A program made the position numbers and the translations under genes. Below are positions 10,844-21,424 of a DNA stretch of 64,000 nucleotides, one piece after another. Origin of the DNA: an uncultured Verrucomicrobiae bacterium (GTDB lineage: Bacteria; Verrucomicrobiota; Verrucomicrobiia; Chthoniobacterales; UBA10450); contig CAVWPA010000003.1 in the NCBI GenBank assembly GCA_963756875.1, positions 1,280,001 to 1,344,000 on the forward strand. Direction: 5' to 3'. Within the stretch, counting starts at the first letter, position 1. Every line of letters begins with the position of its first letter. The notes under the pieces are model-generated. The model saw only the letters and a program-made list of their open reading frames with translations. It did no database searches and had not been told where the DNA came from.

Positions 10844-12508
10844 TTACGGAGCAAGTACCGCTTGATAGAAACGCTTGGCGAAATTGCCTGCGTTCGTATC
10901 CACAAATTCCCAGATCGTGCCGGTAAACGTGTGCGTTTGGAGAGGAACCCAATTCACCAGGTCGGTCGACGCCATGACAGTTACATCCTGGCCGGGAAAG
11001 GCGTGGACGTCGAAGTCCAGCACGCCGCCGCTGAGCATGAGCGAAGCCGCGTCGATGGACGGCGCCTGGAGGCTGGGCGTAACGGTCAGCGGTTGCGGAG
11101 CGTAAAGGTAGCGTGTGCGTCCGCCGTCGTTTACTCGTGCGAAAACCGAATAGGTGCCGGGCGGCACGGCGGCCGCGTTTACGGTCGCATTTGGCGCATT
11201 GAGCGAGACCGCGCTGGTTCCCGTCTTCGGCAGCGTCTGTTCATCCACTTCGATTTCGTTGCCGTTGTACGGATTGTAATCCACATCGAGAAAAATCCCG
11301 AGATCAATCTCCCCGGTTGGGCTTGCCCCCGCTTGATAGTAGAGCGTGGCGTCAAAAGATTCGCCCGCGGAGATCGTATTCGTGTTCCCGAGCCCAAAAA
11401 GAATTGCGTCCGGCCACAAGCCTGCATTCGCCGGTAACGCCATGCGGTTGGCCGCCACGCCGCCGCCCAGATCCCAGTTCGTGTTGAAACCGTCACTGAT
11501 CCTTCCGTTGCCGGCGCCGGCGGGCGCCACGTTGCTGAGCCGATCGCCTCCGCCGATCAAGCTATAATAAAAACCGGCGGCCGCGCCCGACATCTCCGTC
11601 GATGTCCACCACGTGCTGCGTTGGGTCGCGGTGATCGTCGCCTGCGTATCGCTCGCCGGCGTGGCCAGATCGATCGTGCCATGATACCAGAGATGAACGT
11701 CGCTGTGGCTGGACGAATAGCCGCCGTTCAGATCCAGCAACTTCCGGTTGTAAGCGCCGAAGACCGATTGGCCGTTAGGCACGATGATGCCGTCACCCAT
11801 GTCCTGCCAAAAATTGTCCGCGTAGAGCACGTTCGTCCAGCTCGTCACGGCAGGGTCACCGAACGCTGCAACCGGCCGCGGATCAAGCGTCGTAACCTGG
11901 TCAACCCAGATCCCTTCGGCCCCGAGCAATCGGGCCATTTCCGTCACAACCGACCCGCCGCGACTGTGACCGATCAAATGGAGGGGTAGCTCTACGAGCG
12001 GCCGGCCGCCCATTTCCGGAATCAAATTCGTCGCGAGCAGCGCATTCACCGCCGTTTGTGCAACCGTCGTCGTAGAGGCCCCGCCAAAGCTCGATAGCGT
12101 GGACCAATCCAGCTTCACGACAATCTCTCCGGAATCGCTCAGCAGAGGAGGCACTCCGGAAAGAAAAGTCGCCGCGGCGACGTATTGCCTGGAACCATTC
12201 CGCGTGATGGAAATCTCGTAGCAAGTGTAGGTGGTGCCGGGAAATCCCGGATACGCTCCAATTTTTCCCGCCATCGGAATGATCCAGTCGGTTACGTTCG
12301 AGTTGAAACCGTGCGTGATCACCGTAACGCCGCCCGCAGTGACAAAGCCGCTCGAACAAAGTGCCAGCAGGAGCGCGCCGAAGAAGCAGCGCAACTGCTT
12401 GTTGAATGCTAACGCCTCCCCAGCGGTGAATATTTTATTCGAGGAGAAGCCAGCGCAATCCACAACTGCGCAAGTTGTAACAGAACGGCGAAAGAAAAAT
12501 CGAGGCAA
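10844..12508 (-). CDS. Secreted alpha/beta-hydrolase-fold protein with C-terminal beta domains
   Basis: THG oxyanion motif, GHSRGG nucleophile elbow, TTLDP and SHSDVH; C-terminal STDLVNW...RFYQAV. Start uncertain. Confidence 0.75.
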   Translation of the reverse strand: MPRFFFRRSVTTCAVVDCAGFSSNKIFTAGEALAFNKQLRCFFGALLLALCSSGFVTAGGVTVITHGFNSNVTDWIIPMAGKIGAYPGFPGTTYTCYEISITRNGSRQYVAAATFLSGVPPLLSDSGEIVVKLDWSTLSSFGGASTTTVAQTAVNALLATNLIPEMGGRPLVELPLHLIGHSRGGSVVTEMARLLGAEGIWVDQVTTLDPRPVAAFGDPAVTSWTNVLYADNFWQDMGDGIIVPNGQSVFGAYNRKLLDLNGGYSSSHSDVHLWYHGTIDLATPASDTQATITATQRSTWWTSTEMSGAAAGFYYSLIGGGDRLSNVAPAGAGNGRISDGFNTNWDLGGGVAANRMALPANAGLWPDAILFGLGNTNTISAGESFDATLYYQAGASPTGEIDLGIFLDVDYNPYNGNEIEVDEQTLPKTGTSAVSLNAPNATVNAAAVPPGTYSVFARVNDGGRTRYLYAPQPLTVTPSLQAPSIDAASLMLSGGVLDFDVHAFPGQDVTVMASTDLVNWVPLQTHTFTGTIWEFVDTNAGNFAKRFYQAVLAP

Positions 12509-12607
12509 AAGCAGTCGGCGCTTGCTTAAAACTCACGGCCCCCCCGTGACGTCTGACATCCGACCTCTGACTTGGGAGTTGGGCGTTAGCTTAAACCTGC
12601 CGTTCGA

Positions 12608-13210
12608 TCAGGCCGGACGCACCATTTCGAATCGATCGCGAGTGCGGCAATACCAGTTCGGACCGGCCATGCGCCCAATCACATGGAAACGCTCGGTTCG
12701 AATGCGCAATTTGGCCGGGTCGATCAATTCGTCGCGCACGTGCACGCGTCTGACCAATCCGATGACAACTCGATTCCCACCGATTTCGAGCGTGCCCCAT
12801 TCCTTACATTCGAGGCTGGCTGGAGCTTCCCCGATCCGCGGCGGCCCCACGACTGATGATGCTACTGCGGTTAGTTGCGCGTTCTCCAGTTCGCTCGCCC
12901 CATACGGAAGCGACGCCGCGGTTCGGTTCATTGCCTCCGCTGTTGCTTCATCGACGAGGTTCACCACGAATTCGTGCGTTCGGCGGATGTTACGCGCCGT
13001 GTCTTTCGGCGATCCGTCGTCGCGGTCGCCGGGAGCGAATCCGATGATCGGTGGATTTCCGCCCAGCGCATTAAAAAAACTGAACGGCGCCGCGTTAACC
13101 GCGCCGTTTTCATTCAGCGTCGTCACCCACGCGATAGGTCGCGGGGTAATGAGAGAGACGAGCATCGCATAACCGCGGCTGGCATGTTTGCCTTCCATGT
13201 CGAGTTCCAT
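12608..13210 (-). CDS. Flavin reductase family protein
   Basis: PRPIAWVTT, NAAPFSFFN, KDTARNI...EFVVN and GRMAG motifs. Confidence 0.9.
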   Translation of the reverse strand: MELDMEGKHASRGYAMLVSLITPRPIAWVTTLNENGAVNAAPFSFFNALGGNPPIIGFAPGDRDDGSPKDTARNIRRTHEFVVNLVDEATAEAMNRTAASLPYGASELENAQLTAVASSVVGPPRIGEAPASLECKEWGTLEIGGNRVVIGLVRRVHVRDELIDPAKLRIRTERFHVIGRMAGPNWYCRTRDRFEMVRPA

Positions 13211-13438
13211 CCAAATAGATACGTGAACAAACGGATTTGAAAACAGGCCGAGTTGCGATTCAAGCAAATCGCCTCAACAGAGCGAGGCAGCTTGTATCTA
13301 CAGCCGACTTCTGATTCCGGCGTTCGACGTTGAGTGCCTGCTCGCGAAAGCTTTCGGGTTCGGCGGTTTCTTCTGCTCTTACACTTCGCTCTTCGCCGTC
13401 CCAGCCGGCAGCCGCATTCAGTTCTGCTATGTTCCCAT

Positions 13439-14635
13439 ATGCGGTTCATCCTCGCGTTGATTGGAATTATGTTCGCACTCGACGCCCTGTTTTGGGTGGC
13501 CGCCGCGCGAATTGCCAGGCCCGTTGCCGCGCGCATCGCCATAGCCGTTTTCAGCCTGGCTCAATTAACGGGCCTGGCCTGGCTGCTGACTCAACGCTTT
13601 TCTCATGCGGAATCGACTGCAGTATTCCTCAAGTTCGCGATCGCGGCCGTGTTTATCTGGCACATGATCATCCTGCCTCTGCTTCTTCTGCTGGCAGTTG
13701 CGCTGCTGCCGATTCTCGCCGCGGCGGCTGTCCTCCGGATAGCTCGACGTCGCCAGAGAAATTCCAGCGCGGTTCCACCCGATACGAGCGGAGCACTAAG
13801 TCGGCGGCGATTTCTCGGGGTCGCTCTCGCCACGGCGCCGCCATTGCTGGACCTGAGCCTTGCTACGATTGCGGTGCGGCAACTCAATCATTTTCGCGTT
13901 CGCCGGTTCATCCTGCCCATTGCTGGTTTGCCGGGCGATCTTCACGGGTTAACCATCGCCCAGGTCAGCGATATGCATGTGGGCCGGTTTACGTCCGGCC
14001 GCGTTCTGCGCGAGATGGTCCGGCTCGTTAACGATTTCCGCGCCGATCTCGTCCTGCTTACCGGTGACTTGATTAACGACGCCCTCGCTGACCTGGCCGA
14101 TGGTCTTGAGCTGGTAAGGTCAATGGAAGCCCGGTTCGGTCTTTACCTGATCGAAGGGAATCACGACCTGATCGAGAACGGTGCGGAATTCGAACGTCGG
14201 GTGAAACAATCGGGCATTCCGTTTCTCCTGGACGAGTCGGCCATCCTGACGGTTCGTGGGATGCCGGTGCAGCTGCTTGGACTAAGCTGGACACGCGCGT
14301 GGAAAAATAGAGATGCGGCGATTGCCGCCGCGGTGCACCGGCTCATGATCCAGCGGCAGCCGGAGACTTTTCCCATCCTTCTGGCACATCATCCGCATGC
14401 CTTCGATGCAGCAGCGGAGTCGTTGGTCCCGCTGACGCTTTCCGGCCATACGCATGGCGGGCAGTTGATGTTAAACGATCAATGCGGGTTTGGACCGGCG
14501 CTGTTTCGGTATTGGTCTGGCCTTTACACCAGAGGCGCGAGCAAACTGATCGTTTCAAACGGAGTAGGCAATTGGTTTCCGCTACGGGTGCGCGCGCCGG
14601 CGGAACTCGTGCATCTCACGTTAGTGCGAACGTAG
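13439..14635 (+). CDS. Membrane-anchored metallophosphoesterase (YkuE-like)
   Basis: N-terminal TM helices; calcineurin-like motifs SDMH, TGDL, GNHD, LAHHP and GHTHGG. Confidence 0.9.
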   Translation: MRFILALIGIMFALDALFWVAAARIARPVAARIAIAVFSLAQLTGLAWLLTQRFSHAESTAVFLKFAIAAVFIWHMIILPLLLLLAVALLPILAAAAVLRIARRRQRNSSAVPPDTSGALSRRRFLGVALATAPPLLDLSLATIAVRQLNHFRVRRFILPIAGLPGDLHGLTIAQVSDMHVGRFTSGRVLREMVRLVNDFRADLVLLTGDLINDALADLADGLELVRSMEARFGLYLIEGNHDLIENGAEFERRVKQSGIPFLLDESAILTVRGMPVQLLGLSWTRAWKNRDAAIAAAVHRLMIQRQPETFPILLAHHPHAFDAAAESLVPLTLSGHTHGGQLMLNDQCGFGPALFRYWSGLYTRGASKLIVSNGVGNWFPLRVRAPAELVHLTLVRT

Positions 14636-14732
14636 ATTGCCGCCTGCATCTTCCGACATCTGACATCAGATCTCTGACTTCGCCGTTCGGCGTTTTCTTT
14701 GCCGTTTTCCCTTCGCTCTTACCGCTTAGCTC

Positions 14733-15845
14733 CTAGCTCCCGAATGCTTCCTTATTCACCACATACGGCATCTTCGTCGGATCCCCGCCGTAATTCCCTT
14801 CCAGCACATCGATCACTCCCTGCACCGTGCGTCCCGCCATGCCTTTGTCGGGATCGACTGAAAGCCGCGTAATCTTCCCGCCACTGGCGAAATGATGGAA
14901 CAGCCGCGTGCGATCTGCAATTTCCGGATCGAGCAGCGGCGAATCCGGTGGCAGCGGTTCTCTTTCGAAGACGTCCAGCGCCGCTCCGGCGATGACTTTG
15001 TCTTTCAACGCTTTGGCCAGCGCCTTCTCGTCCACAACCGGGCCGCGCGAGGTATTCACCAGGTACGCCGTCGGCTTCATCAGTTTGAGCGTCTTCTCGT
15101 TGATAAAGTGGTATGTCGGCTTGTCGGTTTCGATCTCGAGCAACAACGGCACGTGGATACTCACGTAATCGGCGCCGCGCAGTGCTTCCTCGAGCTCCAC
15201 GTACTTGATCCAGGTCCTTTCCTTCTGAATTCCCCTGGCGTGACGCAGGTCCATCACTTCCTGGATGGCGGCAATGTACTGGTCATTATGATATGCCGGG
15301 TCGTAGCACAGGATGTTCATATCCAAACCCGAGCACTTCTTGATCATCGCCAGGCCGATGCGTCCGGTGCCGATGATGCCGATGGTCTTGCCCGTGACTT
15401 CGTCGCCAAGGAACGGCAGGAACGGGTGCCACGATGGCCATTTTTGTTCCCGCACCAGACGCTCACTCGCAAACATCTTGCGCGCCAGCACGCCGAGCAT
15501 GAAAAAACCGAACTCGGCCGTCGCTTCGGTGAGCACGTCGGCCGTGTGCGTGAATGGGACTTTGTACTTGTTGGCGGCGGCGCGATCAATGTTGTCGAAC
15601 CCGACCGCGATCTGCGCCACGACCTTTAGCGTGCCTTTACCCGCTTCGAAACTCTCCGCGTCGATGGGATCGCGGAGCGTAGTGATCAAGGCGTCGATGC
15701 CACTCTTCACTTTCTCGATGATCAATTTCTTCGGCGGCGCCTCCGGCCCTTCGAAGACCTCGAGCTCGTAACCGCGCTCGCGAAGACGGTTCTCCGCAGG
15801 ATCCCCAATGTGCGCGGTGGCAAAGATTCGTTTCTTGTCAGTCAT
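14733..15845 (-). CDS. D-2-hydroxyacid dehydrogenase (glyoxylate/hydroxypyruvate reductase-like)
   Basis: AVGFDNID, GIIGTGRIG, VNTSRGPVVD and ALDVFEREP motifs. Confidence 0.9.
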   Translation of the reverse strand: MTDKKRIFATAHIGDPAENRLRERGYELEVFEGPEAPPKKLIIEKVKSGIDALITTLRDPIDAESFEAGKGTLKVVAQIAVGFDNIDRAAANKYKVPFTHTADVLTEATAEFGFFMLGVLARKMFASERLVREQKWPSWHPFLPFLGDEVTGKTIGIIGTGRIGLAMIKKCSGLDMNILCYDPAYHNDQYIAAIQEVMDLRHARGIQKERTWIKYVELEEALRGADYVSIHVPLLLEIETDKPTYHFINEKTLKLMKPTAYLVNTSRGPVVDEKALAKALKDKVIAGAALDVFEREPLPPDSPLLDPEIADRTRLFHHFASGGKITRLSVDPDKGMAGRTVQGVIDVLEGNYGGDPTKMPYVVNKEAFGS

Positions 15846-16087
15846 GATTTAAGAAATGGAATCGACAGAATAGACGCGGCTTTCGCATTTTGGCTATTCG
15901 ATTGAAACCGATTCCCCGGTCATCTCTCAACTCTCAACTAAATATCCTTATCCGTTATCCGTTATCAGCTATTGGCTATTAGTAAACGCGGCTCCGCGAT
16001 TTTGGCCAACAGAACCGCGGATTTCGCGGATGACAACACTCGCAATGGAGGCCGATCAAGACGGATCCGCAATCCGCACTCCGCAAT

Positions 16088-17273
16088 TTACAAATGTTTC
16101 TTCGTCCAGTCGTCGACGCGATCAAGCGCTTTCTCGATGTTTTCGATCGAATTCGCAACGCTGAAGCGCACATAGCCCTCGCCGAAGGCGCCGAAAGAAG
16201 TCCCGGACAGCGCGGCGACACCCACGTCGTCGAGCAACGCGTTCGCCAGTTTCTGCGATGGCCAACCGGTACCGGTGATGTTCGGGAAAACGTAGAACGC
16301 GCCCTTGGGCAAACGGCAGGAGAAACCTTTTATCTTATTAAGACCCGCCACCATGATGTCGCGCCGTTTCTTGAACTCGGCGCACATCGCTTCGACCGAG
16401 CCCTGCGGTCCGCGGAGCGCCTCGACGCCCGCGACCTGCGTGAAGCTCGCTGTGCAGGAATTGGAGTTCGTCATCAGCCGGGAGATGTGCGTCGCCAGAT
16501 CGGCGCGCATCACGCCGTATCCCATCCGCCAACCGGTCATGGCATACGTCTTGGAAAAACCGTCGAGCAAAATGCAGCGGTCCTTCATCCCGTCGAGCGA
16601 CATGATGGACTGATGCTCGCCCTCGAAGATGAGCCGGCTGTAGATCTCGTCAGTGAGATACCATGATGTCGCGATCGCCGATCGCGCGCGCGATCTCTTC
16701 CAGATCCTTTTTCGTCAACACGCCGCCGGTGGGATTTTGCGGCGAATTCAGGATGATCAGTTTTGTGCGGTCGTTGATCAACCCGGCGAGCTCGCCGACG
16801 TCGAGCCGGAAATCCATCTCCTCGCGCAACCGAATCGGCACCGGTTTCGCGCCGAGGAAATTAATCATCGACTCGTAAATCGGGAATCCGGGATTGGGAT
16901 AAATGACCTCATCTCCTTCCTCGACCAGCGCGAGGATGGTGAAAAAGATGATCGGCTTACCGCCCGGGACAACGACCACTTCTTCGGGCGTCGCGTTTAC
17001 CCGGCGCGTCTCACTCACGTATTGAGCGATGGTCTCGCGCAGTTTCGGCATGCCGGCCGAAGGCCCGTAATGGGTGAATCCCTTGTGCAACGCGTCGCAA
17101 GCTGCGTCGATAATGTTGCCCGGCGTATCGAAATCGGGCTCACCGATCTCCAGATGAACGATGTCGCGCCCCTTCGCCTCCAGCGCTTTCGCTTTCACCA
17201 GCACTTCGAAAGCGGTCTCGGTGCCGAGACGCGCCATGCGCCTGGCGAGGTGGAGTTCCGAAGCCTTGTTCAT
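16088..17273 (-). CDS. PLP-dependent class I (aspartate-type) aminotransferase, split by a 1-nt frameshift near 16655
   Basis: N-terminal half has GEPDFDT and NSPQNPTG; C-terminal half has GFSKTYAMTGWR. Removing one base restores DIMV-LTDEIY. Confidence 0.88.
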
Positions 17274-17417
17274 AATGGTGAGACCAGCAACAGACCACAT
17301 GGATCAGCCATGATCAAAACCTTTCAGATTCCTGCTCTTTTCAACCTCCCCGCTTTATCCTTTCCAAAGTTGCAGCGAAGATGCGGCCGCGCGCGCAGAT
17401 CCCGTCCATCTCCGCGA

Positions 17418-17795
17418 CTAGACGGAGGCATCTGCCTGCAGAAGCCAGTCGCGAGCCGCCTCCGCCTCCGCGTTGGCGAAAAAGCGCACCCGATGATGCA
17501 AAAGCGGCACGATCAGCCGCATTCCGTCGGCGATCCATGGGACATCGGAAACCATGGCAATGCGTCGCCAGGCATTCCAATTAGAAATATCAAGTTTGGT
17601 GTCCTCCCACATCGCTGCCACGCTGATCCCGGTGAAATCCGGGCCGAGTTGATAATAGAGGCTGAGATGCTTGTGCTTCTTGAGCTTCGCTTCGATGGCC
17701 GGCCACACCACGGAACGGAAATCGTCAGCCATTACTTTCCCCACTCCTGAAATAGCCAGTATCTCTTCCGGGAAACCTGAAAGTATTCGTATCAT
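17418..17795 (-). CDS. SpoIIAA-like (STAS/SEC14) protein
   Basis: G.V...DF, AMWED, RRIAMVSD.PW and F...EA..ARDWL pattern. Confidence 0.8.
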   Translation of the reverse strand: MIRILSGFPEEILAISGVGKVMADDFRSVVWPAIEAKLKKHKHLSLYYQLGPDFTGISVAAMWEDTKLDISNWNAWRRIAMVSDVPWIADGMRLIVPLLHHRVRFFANAEAEAARDWLLQADASV

Positions 17796-17883
17796 GGTAT
17801 TCTCCCTCTGAAAAATAACCGCTTTCTGCCCTGCGGGCCAGTTTGGCTGACTAGTTTGGAGTATATGAAACTGCGCCGAAACG

Positions 17884-18579
17884 TCAGCCGCCGAGCCAGC
17901 TGAACGCGCGGGCGACGTATGGCTTTGCATCTTTTCCGACGCAGACGCCATGAGCGAGGATCAGCTTATCGAAATCCCATGACAGCAACCTTTCGAGTGA
18001 TCGCCTTGCCAGGTCACGGTTGGTGAAAGAAAGCCGAATATCCAATGGCACGCCTCCCTGCGGATAGGCGACTCCGGCCAGTTTGAGGAGCGCATTGCGC
18101 AGCGGCCTGCCCTTCGCCAACGGATGATTTTGGATGAAATCACCGAAGATAACCGTGCGCGACTTTTTGTGAAAAAAATAGACCTCCTCAACGAAACAGT
18201 TACCTCTGAAAACGAGTTGATCGAAGTCATCCGCCCAGCCTGCAGGCGGTTTATCCCCCAGGGTACCAGCGAAGGGCAAGCGCTTGAACTCATTTGGTAT
18301 CTGAGGAGGCGACCACAGTTCTGCGTCGGGAAATAGCTGGTGCCACGATTTCAGTCGCCAGACGTGCAGCTTGGTGGGAGCGACAAGGTATCTCACCGGC
18401 CCCGACCCCGTAATGCGATCGAGCACATCGGACGGCACGGACACAGGCGAATTCACCCAGATTGACCGGTCGCCGAGCTGTACGACGATCATGCGAGTGG
18501 GAAACGGAATACCGACGGCGCGAACAGTGGCACCGTCAACGATCCAAACATTTTCGGCAAAAGGCTGGAGCCAAACCAT
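17884..18579 (-). CDS. DUF4336-type metallo-beta-lactamase-like protein
   Basis: FPTRMIVVQL, VNSPV, LVAPTKLH, EEVYFFH and WDFDKLILAHG motifs. Confidence 0.8.
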   Translation of the reverse strand: MVWLQPFAENVWIVDGATVRAVGIPFPTRMIVVQLGDRSIWVNSPVSVPSDVLDRITGSGPVRYLVAPTKLHVWRLKSWHQLFPDAELWSPPQIPNEFKRLPFAGTLGDKPPAGWADDFDQLVFRGNCFVEEVYFFHKKSRTVIFGDFIQNHPLAKGRPLRNALLKLAGVAYPQGGVPLDIRLSFTNRDLARRSLERLLSWDFDKLILAHGVCVGKDAKPYVARAFSWLGG

Positions 18580-18809
18580 AGACGCTTTTCTTTCTGATGT
18601 TATTACATCCTGCGCGCAGTGACGTCGAATCGGAACTCAGCACTGGGAATTTGCGCATGGGCCCAAGATTCGTCTGGGCTGGGTCGTGGCGCTCTAACAA
18701 CTTCTCGCAAATTTCGTGCAGCCATTCTGGATGCTGCCGGTTTTCGTTGTGCATGATCGTAAGTCGCTTGCGAGGCACGAGACAGACGATATCGGAGAAT
18801 CGGCGTGGG

Positions 18810-19319
18810 TCAGATGGCGAACACTTTCGCCTCCGGGCCATCGGGCGTCAGTCGAGCCAGGCGTTCAAAGCGAAATCCAAGTTTCTGGAGAAGCTTCGCC
18901 GATACCTCATTGTCTTGCGACGTGACCGCGAGCAACCGCGACAGCCCAAAGGTTCGTCGTCCGTATTCGATCACCGCCGTGGCAGATTCAAACGCGTACC
19001 CTTTACTCCGGAACGCCGGTAGAAACGCAAACCCGAGATCGACGTGCTCCAGCGAATCACGCTTGATCAGGCCGCACATGCCAATCGGCTCACCGCTTTC
19101 TTTGAGTTCAACCAGGTACAGGCCAAACCCGAAACGGCGATACATCGCCACCGGCCCTTTCCCAATGTAATTGCGAGCGTCATCGATCGTGTACACGCCC
19201 TTGTCACCGATAAAGCGCAACCACGCCGGCTCATTAACCAGGTGAAGTATAAAAGCCGCGTCGGAATCGTCTTCTTCGAGCCAACGTAGCGCAAGCCGCG
19301 CCGTTTCCAGGACTTTCAC
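18810..19319 (-). CDS. GNAT (RimJ/RimL-like) N-acetyltransferase
   Basis: LETARLALR, IGMCGL, GKGY-like FRSKGYA and N..SAKLLQKLGF motifs. Confidence 0.9.
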   Translation of the reverse strand: MKVLETARLALRWLEEDDSDAAFILHLVNEPAWLRFIGDKGVYTIDDARNYIGKGPVAMYRRFGFGLYLVELKESGEPIGMCGLIKRDSLEHVDLGFAFLPAFRSKGYAFESATAVIEYGRRTFGLSRLLAVTSQDNEVSAKLLQKLGFRFERLARLTPDGPEAKVFAI

Positions 19320-19392
19320 AGTGTCAGAAAGATTTAGAACTCTGCCCTCTGAGTTCGACGTTGAGCGTTTGCTTTAAGTTCCGTATTCCTCC

Positions 19393-19719
19393 CTATGTTC
19401 CTCCGACAACGGCGTAACCCTGGACGCGCAGATCATCAGCGAGATCTTTCTCCATTTGAGCCGCGTGTTCATACGGCATCGGATTCAAATGCTCGTAAAG
19501 CTGCGGCAGAAGTCGAACTCCAAATTTCTTCACCCAAAACGACGACTTATACCCGTCCACATGATTACGAAACCGATCGGCAACCGGTAGACCGGTCATT
19601 CCAACGTACACCGCCGGCTTGGAACGATGCCATTTAGGATTTAGGCGCTTGACCCTGGGATGTTTAACGGCCTCTCGGTCGAGCAAAATCACGTAAACGT
19701 TGTGATGAAATTGATCCAT
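19393..19719 (-). CDS. Small GIY-YIG-like nuclease-fold protein
   Basis: NVYVILL...VYVGMTG...RFRNH...MEK resembles the GIY/YIG hairpin with conserved Arg, His and Glu. Confidence 0.6.
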   Translation of the reverse strand: MDQFHHNVYVILLDREAVKHPRVKRLNPKWHRSKPAVYVGMTGLPVADRFRNHVDGYKSSFWVKKFGVRLLPQLYEHLNPMPYEHAAQMEKDLADDLRVQGYAVVGGT

Positions 19720-19952
19720 CGGCCGATTACGAAGCAGAACCTCCCCTGAAACGATTGGTTCGGCTATTGGCGTCAGCGATTGTCTCTCCTTGGACGAATT
19801 GTTAGGCGTCCGTGCTATCGACATTTAGGCCCTAACCTGCTGAAGAAAAAGGAACCCGCAAAGATAGAGCATGCCCTCCGATCTGCTGCCCGCTCCGCAA
19901 TCCGCAGTTCGAGAATTTCGACGGCGACGCTGCCGGGTTAATCCGTTTTCGT

Positions 19953-20375
19953 TCAGGGGCTCTCTGTCGCGAGAGGATGGAAGGTCAGGAGCAGATCCTT
20001 CGCGGTCACTTTGCCGTCGCCAGGCAGGATCGGTTCGTCCTGTAACACTGTCGACCACGCTCGCGGCAAGCTCCACGTGTCGGAGACACGCTCGAATCCC
20101 ATCGTCCATTGCGGAAACGAGCGCTCCTCGACTTCTTCGGTCAGTAGCACTTTGATGTCGTGATGCCTCGGGTCGCGCTGGATGACGTCGAAACAGGCAC
20201 GGACTGCTTCTTCGGGCCCTTCGAGCAGCTGCAGGAATTGGTTTTTATGAAAGACAAGCATGCCGGTGATGGCGCGTGCTGCGTTTTTGGTGCGCGACTT
20301 TTCCACCAACCCGAAAAGATCATTCGGCCAAAACTCCTGGCTGGCCGTGCTACGGTAGAGGAGTTGAAAGATCAT
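19953..20375 (-). CDS. BLUF-domain blue-light sensor (stand-alone)
   Basis: LLYRS, SRTKN, ITGML, FLQLLEG, DPRH and R.F..WTM; the Tyr, Gln, Trp and Met positions are present. Confidence 0.93.
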   Translation of the reverse strand: MIFQLLYRSTASQEFWPNDLFGLVEKSRTKNAARAITGMLVFHKNQFLQLLEGPEEAVRACFDVIQRDPRHHDIKVLLTEEVEERSFPQWTMGFERVSDTWSLPRAWSTVLQDEPILPGDGKVTAKDLLLTFHPLATESP

Positions 20376-20682
20376 GCCACAATTGAAGCACCACCCATGC
20401 CGGGTCCGCGGCCTGTTTGGTTTCCAGCCCCCCTAACTTCCCGCGCATCTCGCGCAGCTTATTCAAAAAGCTTTGGGAACGGAATTTGGGGTGAAGTCAT
20501 AATGGTTTCCCGCCTGAAGTCTCCGATTTGTTCCGGCAGGCACGACTGTTTCGCGGCCGGAGCTTCTTGGGGATGGCGATAATCGAGCAGCCGCGGAAAG
20601 GCAGTCCGGCTTCTTTCGGCCCTTTCAGGGTCCAAGCTATGCTCTATCTCGAGAGAACAGTGGTGGCAAACGAGTTACTTCG

Positions 20683-21054
20683 GTGAAAAAGAAACTGCGA
20701 ATCTTGGGGGTCGACGACGAGCCATTCATTGGCGAATCGATCGCGTGTGTCCTGGAAGCCCCGCATCGGAAGATCGTTATCGCCAAAGACGGGCGGGAGG
20801 CGCTTGCCCTGGCGACGAAAGAGAAGTTCGACGTCGTGATTACGGACCATCGGATGCCTCGATCCGGCGGGCTGGAGTTGGTGAAAAAACTTCGGGCGCG
20901 CAACTACGCCGGCAAAATCGTGGTCCTCTCAGGTCATCTTTCGCCGGAAAACATCGGCCCTTACGAGGAACTGGCCGTGGACGAAGTCGTTGGCAAACCG
21001 ATCGATTCGACCGAGCTCCGCGGAATCATCGCCGATCTCGAAGACGAAGTGTAG
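20683..21054 (+). CDS. Single-domain response regulator
   Basis: GVDDE, ITDHRMP, VLSG and KP motifs. Confidence 0.9.
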   Translation: MKKKLRILGVDDEPFIGESIACVLEAPHRKIVIAKDGREALALATKEKFDVVITDHRMPRSGGLELVKKLRARNYAGKIVVLSGHLSPENIGPYEELAVDEVVGKPIDSTELRGIIADLEDEV

Positions 21055-21424
21055 AGGCGATTGTTCCGGAATCATAAGCCGCTTACGATGCGCGCTTTCA
21101 AGCGTCAGCCGTCGCCACATCTTTGGGACAGAAGGGCGCCAACCGCTTGACAGGCTGATCAAAAAGCGTCCTCGATTCTCAGTGTCGGTGGCCACGTTCG
21201 GCCTGAATGCGCTTGAGCAGCTCGATGTGAGTTCGTTCGAGCTCATTGGCAAACTCGACAGTGGCTTGCAGAGCTTCGGGATATCCGGCGGCGTTGCTTG
21301 CTTCTTCCAGACCGCAACGGGCATGCTCGTCGCTCGCGTCTTGCCATCCGCCCTAAATTGCTCTTGCGCGGCCAACCCCATTTATGAGATGGCTTCTAAC
21401 TAAACAAAAGCCCGGTCCGCATTT

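Noticed and set aside
16650..16660. Programmed frameshifting in the aminotransferase (also the protease near 55670)
   Set aside because: No slippery site or stimulator is evident; the window-wide indel pattern points to sequencing error.
18536..18841. 101-aa ORF between the GNAT and DUF4336 genes
   Set aside because: Overlaps both neighbours and has no recognisable motif.
21178..21350. Minus-strand remnant ...GYPEALQATVEFANELERTHIELLKRIQAERGHRH*
   Set aside because: Looks protein-like but has no start codon and no recognisable family; possibly a gene fragment, not supportable.
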